Positions 1 to 9,528 of a stretch of DNA of 64,000 bases are shown here, in pieces. The translations under genes were made by a program, and so were the position numbers. This stretch comes from Candidatus Curtissbacteria bacterium RIFCSPLOWO2_02_41_11 (GTDB taxonomy: Bacteria > Patescibacteriota > Microgenomatia > Curtissbacterales > GWA2-41-24): NCBI GenBank assembly GCA_001775055.1, contig MFBU01000014.1:120535-184534 (forward strand), written 5' to 3'. The notes beneath the pieces are model-generated. The model made no database searches. It was not told the DNA's origin and saw only the letters and a program-made list of their open reading frames with translations. Positions within the stretch are counted from its first letter, which is position 1, and each line of letters starts with the position of its first letter.

Positions 1-71
1 CTCGTTTAGTCCATTTTCTTGACAACTTATCTTTCGCCGGAATTGGAGAAAACGAATATTTTCCTGGAGCA

Positions 72-1112
72 ATGTTCTTTTTCTTAATACCAGGTTTAGC
101 ACTTTTATTTGGTCCCAATAATGCCCAAACTTACCTTGCAGGACTAATCACCGTCAACATCCTCACCATAATTATTCTTCTTTATCTTTATCGCAGGCAT
201 AATCATTTTTCACCATTAATTTTTCTGGCAATTTTACTTTTTTCGGGCCCGATATTTTTTTTCCGTCATGATCTTTTTGTTTCTTTAGTCGTAATTCTAT
301 CTCTGCTTTTATGGAAATTACACAAAAGAAATTTCGCTGCTTTAATTCTTGGAATCAGTGTCAGCATCAAAATTTATCCTCTTTTAATCCTTCCATATTT
401 TTTAATTTTGTCCCTTAAAAATTATAATCTTCGTAAAAGTGTAGAAATTTTTGTCATATTTATATCGGGTGCTTTTTTAGTTTTTGGCCTTTATTCCCTT
501 TTAGGATCTTCCCCAAATGAAATTCTTGATACTATTCACCTAAACTCACTTAAACCAGTTCACATAGAGAGTTTATGGGGCAGCTTTTTGACAATTTTTT
601 CTAAAATGATTAACGGACAATGGGCGCTTGGTAAAGGAGAGCATGGAATTTTCGGAATCGACTCACGATACATTTTTCTACCCCTTACTTTTTACAATTA
701 TTTTTGGATAATTCCCTTAGGCATTTTTTATCTTTCTCTTTACAAGAAAGTTAGCAAAAATGGTGAACTGATGATCGAAGCTGTCTTTTTGATACTTTTA
801 TTATTTATCATTTTCTCAAAAATTCTTACTGGTCAATATATCTTCTGGATTCTTGCACTTTTCCCTTTATTCAAATATCATCAGAAACTCGAAACCTTAT
901 ACGTAATTTCATTTCTTATTATTTTGTTTATTGTCTTTCTCACACAATATATTTATCCACTTCACTATAATGAGCTTTTGGGAATTTTCTATACTTCAGG
1001 AGGTCAAGTAAAATATTTTTACATATTACTTCTTAGAAACTTGCTATTGTTAGTGCTTTTTGTATTGGTTGCTAAGTATGCTTTCGAAGATAAAATTTCA
1101 GGAAACACATGA
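72..1112 (+). CDS. Multi-pass membrane protein, probable GT-C fold glycosyltransferase (GT87/DUF2029-like); may begin upstream of the window
   Basis: Many TM helices; RHD followed by GISVSIKIYP resembles the GT87-type 'K.YP' motif; S(T)GQY.FW near the C-terminus. Confidence 0.6.
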   Translation: MFFFLIPGLALLFGPNNAQTYLAGLITVNILTIIILLYLYRRHNHFSPLIFLAILLFSGPIFFFRHDLFVSLVVILSLLLWKLHKRNFAALILGISVSIKIYPLLILPYFLILSLKNYNLRKSVEIFVIFISGAFLVFGLYSLLGSSPNEILDTIHLNSLKPVHIESLWGSFLTIFSKMINGQWALGKGEHGIFGIDSRYIFLPLTFYNYFWIIPLGIFYLSLYKKVSKNGELMIEAVFLILLLFIIFSKILTGQYIFWILALFPLFKYHQKLETLYVISFLIILFIVFLTQYIYPLHYNELLGIFYTSGGQVKYFYILLLRNLLLLVLFVLVAKYAFEDKISGNT

Positions 1113-2752
1113 AGAATCTATTACAGATCGATAAATACTTTATTGCAATATTTGGCATTTTCGGTTTTTTATTTTGGCATTTCGCCAAAGATATGCTTCA
1201 GATAAGATCTGATGGCTGGTATGTCGGCCATGTTAATCTTTGGGGTGATCTTGCTTATCATTTAACTCTTATAAATAAGTTCTTAGAATCAGGTAACTTA
1301 TTGCCAGATAATCCAATTTTTGCAGGAGATAAAATTAATTACCCTATTTTTGCTGACTGGAGTACTGCCCAAATTGCCCGATTCACTGGGGTTGATTTTG
1401 CCTTGTTTATTACTACCTTTATAGTAGGATTGATATTGATTTATATCTCCAGATATTTCATTAAGATTTTTATAAAAAATGACAAAATTGTTTTTCTTGT
1501 TCTTCTTATTTTCTTTCTAAACGGAGGATTAGGTTTTTATTATTTCTTTCAGGACTATTTGTCATCTGGAAACTCAATCTTTAACTTTCTTATAAATCTA
1601 CCGAGAGAATACACTAATATTCAGCAAAATGGCTATTGGTGGATTAATGTTTATCTGGCATACTTTCTGCCACAAAGGGGGTTTTTATTTGCTTTCCCAA
1701 TCACTTTAACAGTTTTAATTCTTCTTTATTTAGGGTGGCAAAAAAGTAATAAAAAATTCTTTATACTCGCAGGATTCCTTGCAGGCATTTTACCTTTAGT
1801 TCAGGCACATAGCCTTTTCGTTATCTTTTTAATTTCTTTATTCTTCAGTATTGTAACAGTTCTTTTTGCCAAAGGGAAAAAAGGGGTCATTTTAAACTGG
1901 GCAATTTTTGCTTCCTTGACAATAGTTTTAGCTCTGCCGATTTTTAATGTAGTTTCATCTATAGGAAATCCCTTAAAGTATTTTCGTTTTGATCCCGGTT
2001 GGACGAGCCAGGAAAATATATTTTGGTTTTGGTTCAAAAATCTTGGGCTGTTTGCCCCAATGCTTCTGATTTCGCTGATATGGCTTTTTAAAAAAAATCG
2101 CCAATTTTTAATTCTTTATTCCCCCTTTTTGCTAATATTTCTGCTTTCAAACATTTTTATCTTTCAACCTTGGGATTTCGACAATGGCAAACTTTTAATT
2201 TATTGGTTTTTTGCTTCGAGTATAGTTGTAGCCTATTTTTTATACGATCAGTTTTTTGCTGAAGATTTTGTTAGAAAAACCCTTGGTCTAATTATTTTAT
2301 TCTTCATGATATTTGCTGGAGGCCTAGATATATTTAGAACATTTACGCCAATTACTAATTACCAACTTTTTTCCAGACAAGATTTAGAAGTTGCCGCTGC
2401 AGTAAAAAATTTAACCCCAAAAAATACACAGTTTGTGACAGCTAATAATCACAATCATCCGATCCCTGTTTTAACAGGACGATCTACGCTCTTGGGATTT
2501 CCTGGTTGGATTTGGAGTCATGGTATCGATTATTACCAAAGGGAAATTGATATCCAAGATATTTATACAGGTGGTAAAAAAGCTGAACGATTAATTTCGC
2601 AGTACAAGGTAAACTATATTACTGTTGGTCCTAATGAAAGAGCGAGTTTTAATATTAATGAAGGATATTTCACCAAGTACCCTAGTATTTTTTTAGGCAG
2701 TGGATGGGTAATCTATGATGTTAGTTATTTATGGACCGACGGCGACCGGTAA
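1109..2752 (+). CDS. Multi-pass membrane protein, probable GT-C fold glycosyltransferase
   Basis: 547 aa hydrophobic protein; WGDLAYH in the first loop, PQR motif, soluble C-terminal domain with 'VNYITVG'; overlaps the previous stop. Confidence 0.6.
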   Translation: MKNLLQIDKYFIAIFGIFGFLFWHFAKDMLQIRSDGWYVGHVNLWGDLAYHLTLINKFLESGNLLPDNPIFAGDKINYPIFADWSTAQIARFTGVDFALFITTFIVGLILIYISRYFIKIFIKNDKIVFLVLLIFFLNGGLGFYYFFQDYLSSGNSIFNFLINLPREYTNIQQNGYWWINVYLAYFLPQRGFLFAFPITLTVLILLYLGWQKSNKKFFILAGFLAGILPLVQAHSLFVIFLISLFFSIVTVLFAKGKKGVILNWAIFASLTIVLALPIFNVVSSIGNPLKYFRFDPGWTSQENIFWFWFKNLGLFAPMLLISLIWLFKKNRQFLILYSPFLLIFLLSNIFIFQPWDFDNGKLLIYWFFASSIVVAYFLYDQFFAEDFVRKTLGLIILFFMIFAGGLDIFRTFTPITNYQLFSRQDLEVAAAVKNLTPKNTQFVTANNHNHPIPVLTGRSTLLGFPGWIWSHGIDYYQREIDIQDIYTGGKKAERLISQYKVNYITVGPNERASFNINEGYFTKYPSIFLGSGWVIYDVSYLWTDGDR

Positions 2753-3683
2753 AACTACATTAGCAATCGAGCTTGCCCAAAAATACAATGGAGAATTAAT
2801 TTCTGCTGATTCGAGACAAGTCTATCGTGGTCTTGATATCGGAACAGGGAAGGTAAGTTTCACCTCAAAAATCGGAAAACATCAAGGCTTTTGGATAGTA
2901 GATGATGTAAAAATCCACGGTTTTGACTTAGTCAATCCCGGCCAAAGATTTTCTGTAGCAGATTTTCTTACATTCGCTAATAGTTCAATAGTTCAAACTA
3001 TTAAACTAAATAAGTTGCCAATTATTGTTGGTGGAACGGGGTTTTATATTAAAGCCCTAATTAATGGGATTGGCTCAATTGGTATTCCTTTAAATCCAAA
3101 ACTTCGTCAACAACTTGAAAAATTATCAACTACCGATCTTTATCAAAAACTTCTCGAAATTAATCCAAAACGCGCTCAATCGATGAATGACTCGGACAGA
3201 AAAAATCCGAGGCGTTTGATCCGCGCCATCGAAATTGCTACATATAACAAGAAACTAAAAACTAGAAACTTGAAACGAAAGATTATTCACTACCAACTAC
3301 CCACTACCAACTACCAGCTCGTTGGCCTTACTGCTCCCAACTTCTATCTCTACAATCGTTCCGACAAATGGCTCGAAGAACGTCTTTCCCATGGAATGGT
3401 TGATGAAGTCAAAAATCTTCTTGATCAAAAAGTTAAACCCCAGTGGCTTGATGATCTTGGCCTTGAATACCGTTGGCTAACCCGATATTTACTTGGGCAA
3501 ATCACAAAGGAAGAAGCCATCAACCGTCTTAGAGGTGACATCCATTCTTTCATCCGTCGCCAAAAAACCTGGTTTCGGCAATTTCCAAATATTTATCTAT
3601 TTGATATCTCAAAACCAAGTTGGCGCCAAAAGTTAGAAAAAATAGTTAGCCTCTGCTATACTCAAACAAATGTCGCAAGATAA
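2715..3683 (+). CDS. miaA: tRNA dimethylallyltransferase
   Basis: GPTATGKT P-loop, ISADSRQVYRGLDIGTGK, VGGTGFY, RRQKTWF. Confidence 0.96.
   Translation: MMLVIYGPTATGKTTLAIELAQKYNGELISADSRQVYRGLDIGTGKVSFTSKIGKHQGFWIVDDVKIHGFDLVNPGQRFSVADFLTFANSSIVQTIKLNKLPIIVGGTGFYIKALINGIGSIGIPLNPKLRQQLEKLSTTDLYQKLLEINPKRAQSMNDSDRKNPRRLIRAIEIATYNKKLKTRNLKRKIIHYQLPTTNYQLVGLTAPNFYLYNRSDKWLEERLSHGMVDEVKNLLDQKVKPQWLDDLGLEYRWLTRYLLGQITKEEAINRLRGDIHSFIRRQKTWFRQFPNIYLFDISKPSWRQKLEKIVSLCYTQTNVAR
3252..3319. repeat. Heptamer tandem repeats inside miaA
   Basis: AAACTAA-AAACTAG-AAACTTG then CACTACC-AACTACC-CACTACC-AACTACC. Confidence 0.8.
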
Positions 3684-4701
3684 TTCACCAACCCGCATTG
3701 AAATTTCCTACAAGACGGTTATCTTTACTGTGGCTGTTTTGGTCGGGCTTTGGTTTATCATCCAAATTCGCCAAATTATTATCTTAGTCTTCTTATCAAT
3801 TATTTTACTTTCGGCGCTGCTTCGACCAGTCGAATGGCTAACAGCAAGACGTATCCCCAGAGTCTTAAGCGTTCTTTTAGTTTATATTATTCTTATCGCT
3901 CTTATTGCCTTTATCGTTGGTATTATTATTCCACCACTGGTTGCTCAAACTTCCGATTTTATCTCCAAACTACCGCAGATCGTTTCAACGATCAATAACT
4001 TTCTTGTTTTTAATAAAATACCAATAGAAAATCTTTCAAGTGTTATTGCCGGGCAAGTTCAACAAATTGCCCAAAATTTCCTAAGTATCTTCAAAGCCAT
4101 TTTCTCAAGTATTTTCTTATTAATTACAATCTTTGTCTTCACTTTTTATCTTCTTTTGGAATGGAAAAGTTTTGTGAAGTTAATTGGCTCACCCTTTTCT
4201 GGCAGACAAGAAAAAAAAGTAACTAGTATTATTGCTAAAGTTGAAACTGGTTTAGGAGGTTGGGTAAGAGGCCAAATCACTTTATCTTTAGTTGTAGGCA
4301 TCTTGACATTTATCGGTCTGACTATCTTACAAATCCCTTTTGCCCTGCCTTTGGCCTTAGTTGCTGGGATTCTTGAAATTGTGCCAATTATCGGACCGAT
4401 CATTTCAGCAATTCCTGCTATTCTTGTCGGCTTAACAATTTCCCCCATTGTGGCATTGGCAGTGGCTGCCCTGTTTTTTATAGTTCAACAGCTTGAGAAT
4501 CATTTAATTGTACCGATGGTTATGTCCAAAGTTGTCGGATTGCAGCCTCCGGTAGTCATCATTACTCTTTTAATTGGTGCCAAGCTTGCCGGCATCGGCG
4601 GGGCCTTTTTAGCTATCCCCACCGTTGTTGTTGCCAGAATTATTTTCAAAGAATTATTAACTGAAGATCAAAAACTCGAGGATGGGTTGAAAGAAGAATA
4701 G
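3670..4701 (+). CDS. AI-2E family transporter
   Basis: WVRGQ, EIVPIIGPII and QQLENHLIVP motifs; multi-TM topology. Confidence 0.9.
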   Translation: MSQDNSPTRIEISYKTVIFTVAVLVGLWFIIQIRQIIILVFLSIILLSALLRPVEWLTARRIPRVLSVLLVYIILIALIAFIVGIIIPPLVAQTSDFISKLPQIVSTINNFLVFNKIPIENLSSVIAGQVQQIAQNFLSIFKAIFSSIFLLITIFVFTFYLLLEWKSFVKLIGSPFSGRQEKKVTSIIAKVETGLGGWVRGQITLSLVVGILTFIGLTILQIPFALPLALVAGILEIVPIIGPIISAIPAILVGLTISPIVALAVAALFFIVQQLENHLIVPMVMSKVVGLQPPVVIITLLIGAKLAGIGGAFLAIPTVVVARIIFKELLTEDQKLEDGLKEE

Positions 4702-4725
4702 ATTTTTGGTAAAATTTAAGTTCGA

Positions 4726-5088
4726 TTTCGGGAAGAAGAACGATCGCCCCGCCAAAAATTTAATATTTAGGCGGGGAGGAAAGTCCAGACAGCACCAAGC
4801 AGGGGACGGAGCGTAAGCTCCGACTAATGATAGCTGGTGTCTAAACTCTTTATCCGCGTGTGGAGTTTAGAACAAGTCTTGAATTAACAAGACTTGAGAG
4901 TCACAGAGACGAGCGGGAGTGAAACGTTGACAATCCTACCTGCTGCAACCCAGAATAGAACCGTTTGACCATGCTTCGGGGAGGTTCTAAGTAGGGGCAG
5001 CCGCCTAAAAGGCGAGCCGAAGTGATTAAAACGTCATTTCGAGATAGATGATCGTTAGAACAGAATCTGGCTTACTCTCTTCCCGAAA
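4726..5088 (+). ncRNA. rnpB: RNase P RNA
   Basis: Terminal P1 helix TTTCGGGAAGA...TCTTCCCGAAA; conserved GAGGAAAGTCCAG and AACAGAATCTGGCTTA (P4 halves, compensatory); TGAAAC; TAGATGATCG; TGgTAAAAT -10 at 4707-4715. Confidence 0.93.
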
Positions 5089-5154
5089 TTTTTTTTGCTT
5101 CAAATCCTCCAAAAATTTGACTGCTAGTGCAAAAAGATGCCATTATAATAATGT

Positions 5155-5355
5155 ATGGCCAAAAAACTAACCCTAAAAAGGTCCAAGAGTAATCCATTGT
5201 CGCAATTGTTGATCGCGGCAACAGCCCTAGTTATCTTGGTGGCAGCTTTTGAGTTTGTCACTCAAAATGACTTCACCTCAATCGCTCCCACCCAGCTCTT
5301 TTTAGTTGCCGGAGTCTTGGGCGTTTTAGGTCTTTACCTTAAAGACGAAAAGTAA
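5155..5355 (+). CDS. Small two-TM membrane protein, hypothetical
   Basis: 66 aa with two hydrophobic helices; TTGACT and TATAAT directly upstream. Confidence 0.65.
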   Translation: MAKKLTLKRSKSNPLSQLLIAATALVILVAAFEFVTQNDFTSIAPTQLFLVAGVLGVLGLYLKDEK

Positions 5356-5432
5356 AGCTCTTTCTAAAAACCTCAATCCTTTGAACTAGGGTTTGACATA
5401 ACTTACCCAAACTTACTATATTGAGCACAATT

Positions 5433-6035
5433 GTGAAGCGGATAGTCGTTTTAATCTCCAACAAAGGTACGGGTACAAACTTACAAGCAATCATTGATGG
5501 AGTAGAAAGTGGTCAAATCAATGCGCAGGTTGTTGCCGTCATCAGCGATACCGAAGAAGCGCTAGGATTACAACGGGCTAAAAAACACCACCTACCAATC
5601 GAAATTTGTCCCAAAAAAGAAGATTTGCTTTTTCTCCTAAAAAACCTTAATCCTGACTATATTTGTCTTGCCGGCTGGAAACAAATTATTTTAGATGAAG
5701 TGATTGATACATTCCCGAACCGTATTTTAAATACTCACCCCGGCCTTATTCCTGACACTATTGATGGGGTAGTCAATAATCCAGATGACACAGATGCCTT
5801 ATGGAACAGGGGCAAAATGACAGATAAGGCAATCCAGAATTTTTTTGATAATAAGGCTACATATGCCGGTTGTACTAATCACTTTTTATCTTATGAATTT
5901 GACTTTGGCCCGGTTCTTGGCAGATGCTTTGAAAAAATTCTGCCGAATGACACAGTAGATTCTCTCTATACTAGACTTAAGAAAAAAGAGAATGACCTAT
6001 ACGTAAAAGTTCTGCATAAACTTTGTAAAAGTTAG
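5433..6035 (+). CDS. purN: Phosphoribosylglycinamide formyltransferase
   Basis: ISNKGTGTNLQAII, CLAGW, ILNTHPGLIP, D.GP; first gene of the pur cluster; start GTG 5433 or TTG 5421. Confidence 0.9.
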   Translation: MKRIVVLISNKGTGTNLQAIIDGVESGQINAQVVAVISDTEEALGLQRAKKHHLPIEICPKKEDLLFLLKNLNPDYICLAGWKQIILDEVIDTFPNRILNTHPGLIPDTIDGVVNNPDDTDALWNRGKMTDKAIQNFFDNKATYAGCTNHFLSYEFDFGPVLGRCFEKILPNDTVDSLYTRLKKKENDLYVKVLHKLCKS

Positions 6036-6037
6036 CC

Positions 6038-7390
6038 ATGAAGAAAGCAACTATTTTGGTAATTGACGGTGGCGGCCGGGGAGCGGTTCTTGTCGATAAA
6101 TATTGCCAAAGTCGCCATGTCACACAAGTCTTGGCAGTCCCTGGCAATGACCTGATGAAAAAGCTCTCTCAAAAGCCTGTCAATATTTTCCCCAAAATTA
6201 AGACAACTGACATTTTATCAATAATCAAAATTTGCCAAAGCGAAAAAGTCGATCTAGTTGATGTTGTTCAGGACGATGCTGTTGCGAAAGGAGTAGTCGA
6301 TGCTTTGCAAAATGAGGGAATTCGCGTCTTTGGTCCCACTAAGGCAGCTTCCCAAATCGAATGGGATAAAGCCTGGGCCCGCAATTTTATGAAAAAATTT
6401 AAAATCCCAGCTCCGGAATTTAAAATCTGCAAATCATCTCAAGAAGGCATCGATTTCATCAAATCGCAAAAACGAGGCGAGTGGTTTATCAAAACCTCAG
6501 GACTGGCTGCTGGCAAAGGTGCTTTATATGCTAAAGATAACCATCAAGCAATTCAAAAAATCAATCAAATGAAAGATTTTGGCAAGGCAGGCCAAACTTA
6601 TCTTATCGAAAAGTGTCTTGTCGGTGAAGAATTTTCCTCCTTTGCCATCGTTGACGGATCAAACTTTGTTCTTCTTGGCCATGCCCAAGACCACAAGCCG
6701 GTTTTTGACGGAGATTTAGGACCAAATACCGGAGGCATGGGTTGCTCGTCACCGCCAATGGCCATCACCAAAAAAATCGAAAAACAAATCAAAAACATTT
6801 TTAAAAAAACAACTGAAGGCTTGGTTAAAATTGGTCGTTCTTACAGGGGTATCCTTTACCTTGGTGGAATGATCGATAAAAACGGTATGGTTTATGTTAT
6901 TGAGTTTAATGCCCGCTGGGGCGATCCCGAGGCACAGGTGATTATTCCTTCAATCAAAAATGATTTTTACGAACTGGCAAATCAAGTTCTTGACGGGGGG
7001 ATTAAAAAAATTAAAATAAAGAAAGATAATTCTTATCGAATTGCAGTTACCGCTGCTTCTCGCGGTTATCCGTCTGATTATTCAAAAGTGATCGGTAAAC
7101 AAATTTTCGGTCTGGATCATCTTCTTAATCAATTCACTTCCTCTCGTCATCCTGAGAGAAGCGAAGGATCTTATAAAATCTTTGGCGCTGGTGTAAAAAT
7201 CCATAATAGTAAATATCTGGTAAACGGCGGTAGATTATTTTATGTGACGACAGCTGGCAAAAATGTTGCACAAGCCAGAAAAATAGCCTATAATGCTCTT
7301 TCTTTAGTCAATGTCGAAAGCGACAATTTACATTACCGCACCGACATCGGCTGGCGAGATTTAGAAAGATTCTATGGAAAGACATTTTAA
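6038..7390 (+). CDS. purD: Phosphoribosylamine--glycine ligase
   Basis: GLAAGKG, QDHK...GPNTGGMG, EFNARWGDPEAQ, GGRLF, HYRTDIG. Confidence 0.97.
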   Translation: MKKATILVIDGGGRGAVLVDKYCQSRHVTQVLAVPGNDLMKKLSQKPVNIFPKIKTTDILSIIKICQSEKVDLVDVVQDDAVAKGVVDALQNEGIRVFGPTKAASQIEWDKAWARNFMKKFKIPAPEFKICKSSQEGIDFIKSQKRGEWFIKTSGLAAGKGALYAKDNHQAIQKINQMKDFGKAGQTYLIEKCLVGEEFSSFAIVDGSNFVLLGHAQDHKPVFDGDLGPNTGGMGCSSPPMAITKKIEKQIKNIFKKTTEGLVKIGRSYRGILYLGGMIDKNGMVYVIEFNARWGDPEAQVIIPSIKNDFYELANQVLDGGIKKIKIKKDNSYRIAVTAASRGYPSDYSKVIGKQIFGLDHLLNQFTSSRHPERSEGSYKIFGAGVKIHNSKYLVNGGRLFYVTTAGKNVAQARKIAYNALSLVNVESDNLHYRTDIGWRDLERFYGKTF

Positions 7391-8564
7391 ATCATTCCAA
7401 GAATCAAGAAAAAATACTGTAGTCATACCTACACTACCAGAGCTTCAAAGAAGCAATGTCGTAGGCTGCTTTGATATTGAGGGTCCATGGTATCTTGGCG
7501 ATTTTATTGATGAAGCCATGGCAAGAAGTCTTGTGCCCAAAAACGGCTACCTAGAGGCTTCACCATCTTACGGCCAAATCATTTATCACGAGACTTGGGA
7601 ATGGTTTTCCCAAGCAACTACTCCTAGGGAAACAATATCTCCAGCTCAGGAAGGTACTGATACTATTTTCCCAATGATTTTATTTTTGGCCCAAGGGGTT
7701 GGCTATCAACATCTTGAAGAGCTTACGCTTAAGTCCAAACAAACAACTGGTTCTCAAGAACTTGTGGCTAGGCTTCAAAAAGAAGGTATTAATGTTTTTG
7801 GTATAACAACTGCCCCTCAACAGCCTTACCAAGCACTAGTTCGTCAAACAGGAATACTTGATGAGCGGCATGTCATTGGTTCTCCATTCCCAATTGACGA
7901 GACAAGAGAACTGTTACAACGAACAGGTGTTTGGGAACAAGAAATCGCCATTGTTCAGGCGTACCTTCAGGATTGTTACCAGATTATTAATGAACATTCT
8001 AAGATTATTTCAGAAAATGACCAGACCTCTCGAACTCTTTCCGAAACAGGCAGTAAATTATTAAAAGCCCGCATTGCACATTTTCACACAAATGAGCTAG
8101 GAGTCTCCTATGATCATAATCGTCGTCAATTAAGAGAAACTCCAAAAACTCTTTTGGGACAAGTTGTAGAAGGAATCTACATGCTTGGTGATCGGGCTAA
8201 AGTCATGGTCGCTGTTAGTCTTCATTTAAGATATGGACGAATTGATAGTACTCTAGTTGCTGTCGGTGATGGCCTTAATGATACTTTAATGCTTCAGATG
8301 GCCCCAATTTCAATCGGTATTAATGGGCCCGATGCAGCAAAAGCAGCCAAAATTGCAGTAGTGACCGAGGATATGAGAAGTCTTTGGCCGATTTTTGAAC
8401 AAATCTTGGTAGGACAGAGAGATATGGGCACTATTATTCACAGAGTCCAACAACAAGTTGGGTCAAGTGCCATTGTATGCCGTGGGGGACCAGCTATACC
8501 CAAAGAAATTCTGGATCAACACCGGGCGACTAAGAAAAAATTAAGAGGCGATATTATTTATTAA
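7374..8564 (+). CDS. HAD-superfamily hydrolase, AF0444/COG4030-like
   Basis: FDIEGPW motif I variant, GITTA motif II, K, and VGDGLNDTLML motif IV, then IGING; C-terminal KKKLRG; the pattern matches my recollection of archaeal AF0444-type proteins. Confidence 0.65.
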   Translation: MERHFKSFQESRKNTVVIPTLPELQRSNVVGCFDIEGPWYLGDFIDEAMARSLVPKNGYLEASPSYGQIIYHETWEWFSQATTPRETISPAQEGTDTIFPMILFLAQGVGYQHLEELTLKSKQTTGSQELVARLQKEGINVFGITTAPQQPYQALVRQTGILDERHVIGSPFPIDETRELLQRTGVWEQEIAIVQAYLQDCYQIINEHSKIISENDQTSRTLSETGSKLLKARIAHFHTNELGVSYDHNRRQLRETPKTLLGQVVEGIYMLGDRAKVMVAVSLHLRYGRIDSTLVAVGDGLNDTLMLQMAPISIGINGPDAAKAAKIAVVTEDMRSLWPIFEQILVGQRDMGTIIHRVQQQVGSSAIVCRGGPAIPKEILDQHRATKKKLRGDIIY

Positions 8565-8566
8565 AA

Positions 8567-9517
8567 TTGATGTTAGATATAATTGGTATCGGTTCTGCAT
8601 TTGTTGATTACTTTTTCCGAACTGATGAGGATTTTTTAAAAAAGTATAACCTTAAACCCGAAGATGATTTTTTATTTGGAGAAAAGAAAATAAACCCCAA
8701 TACTATCTTCAGTCAGCTCAGACCAATTACCAAAAGCCCCGGCGGTATTGCTCTAAATACCATTGCAACTCTTGCAAAACTCGGTGTCAATGTTGGCTAT
8801 TATGGGGTAATCGGAAAGGATGAAAATGGAGATTTTTGGCTTAAAAATATCGGCAGAGTTGACACATCAAAAGTTAATACAGCCGGCAAGATGTCGATTT
8901 GCACCTGTCTTTTAACTCATCGAGGCAAACGAAGAACTTTTGTTTCCCAAGTCAATCCAAATGATTTTAATTTCCTAAAAAATCTTGATTATAACTATTT
9001 AAATAACGTCAAATTTATCCATTTGGGCCCGCTTATTCTAAACTCTAGAAAAGGTATCAAGCGTTCCATAAAATTAATAGAAAAAATTATCAAACCCAAA
9101 CTTAGTTTTTCACCCAGTATTTTATACATTGCCGAAGGATGGGAAAATTTACTCCCAATATTTAAAAAGACCTACATACTTTTCGTAAATCAAAAAGAAA
9201 TGAAATATCTGACTCATCAAAATCCAAAGTCTGGATCAAAAAAGCTTCTTAAATATGGTCCAAAAATCGTCGTCTGCACTTTGGCCGAAAAGGGAGCGCT
9301 GGTAACGACCTCCAATGATCAATTCCATTCCCCGCGAGTTGATGTAGCCAAAATTATCGATACCACCGGCGCAGGAGATGCCTTTGCCGCCGGTTTTCTC
9401 TATGGACTCATAAAGAACAAATCTCTAAAGTGGTCTGCAAATTTTGCCAATCAAATTGCTGCCAAAAGTCTGACAGATTTTGGGTTGCAATGGTTAAAGC
9501 CTGCCCACTTCAGTTAA
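8567..9517 (+). CDS. PfkB family carbohydrate/nucleoside kinase
   Basis: GIGSAFVD, PGG..N, and the PfkB signature DTTGAGDAFAAGFLYG. Confidence 0.92.
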   Translation: MMLDIIGIGSAFVDYFFRTDEDFLKKYNLKPEDDFLFGEKKINPNTIFSQLRPITKSPGGIALNTIATLAKLGVNVGYYGVIGKDENGDFWLKNIGRVDTSKVNTAGKMSICTCLLTHRGKRRTFVSQVNPNDFNFLKNLDYNYLNNVKFIHLGPLILNSRKGIKRSIKLIEKIIKPKLSFSPSILYIAEGWENLLPIFKKTYILFVNQKEMKYLTHQNPKSGSKKLLKYGPKIVVCTLAEKGALVTTSNDQFHSPRVDVAKIIDTTGAGDAFAAGFLYGLIKNKSLKWSANFANQIAAKSLTDFGLQWLKPAHFS

Positions 9518-9528
9518 AATAACCACAA

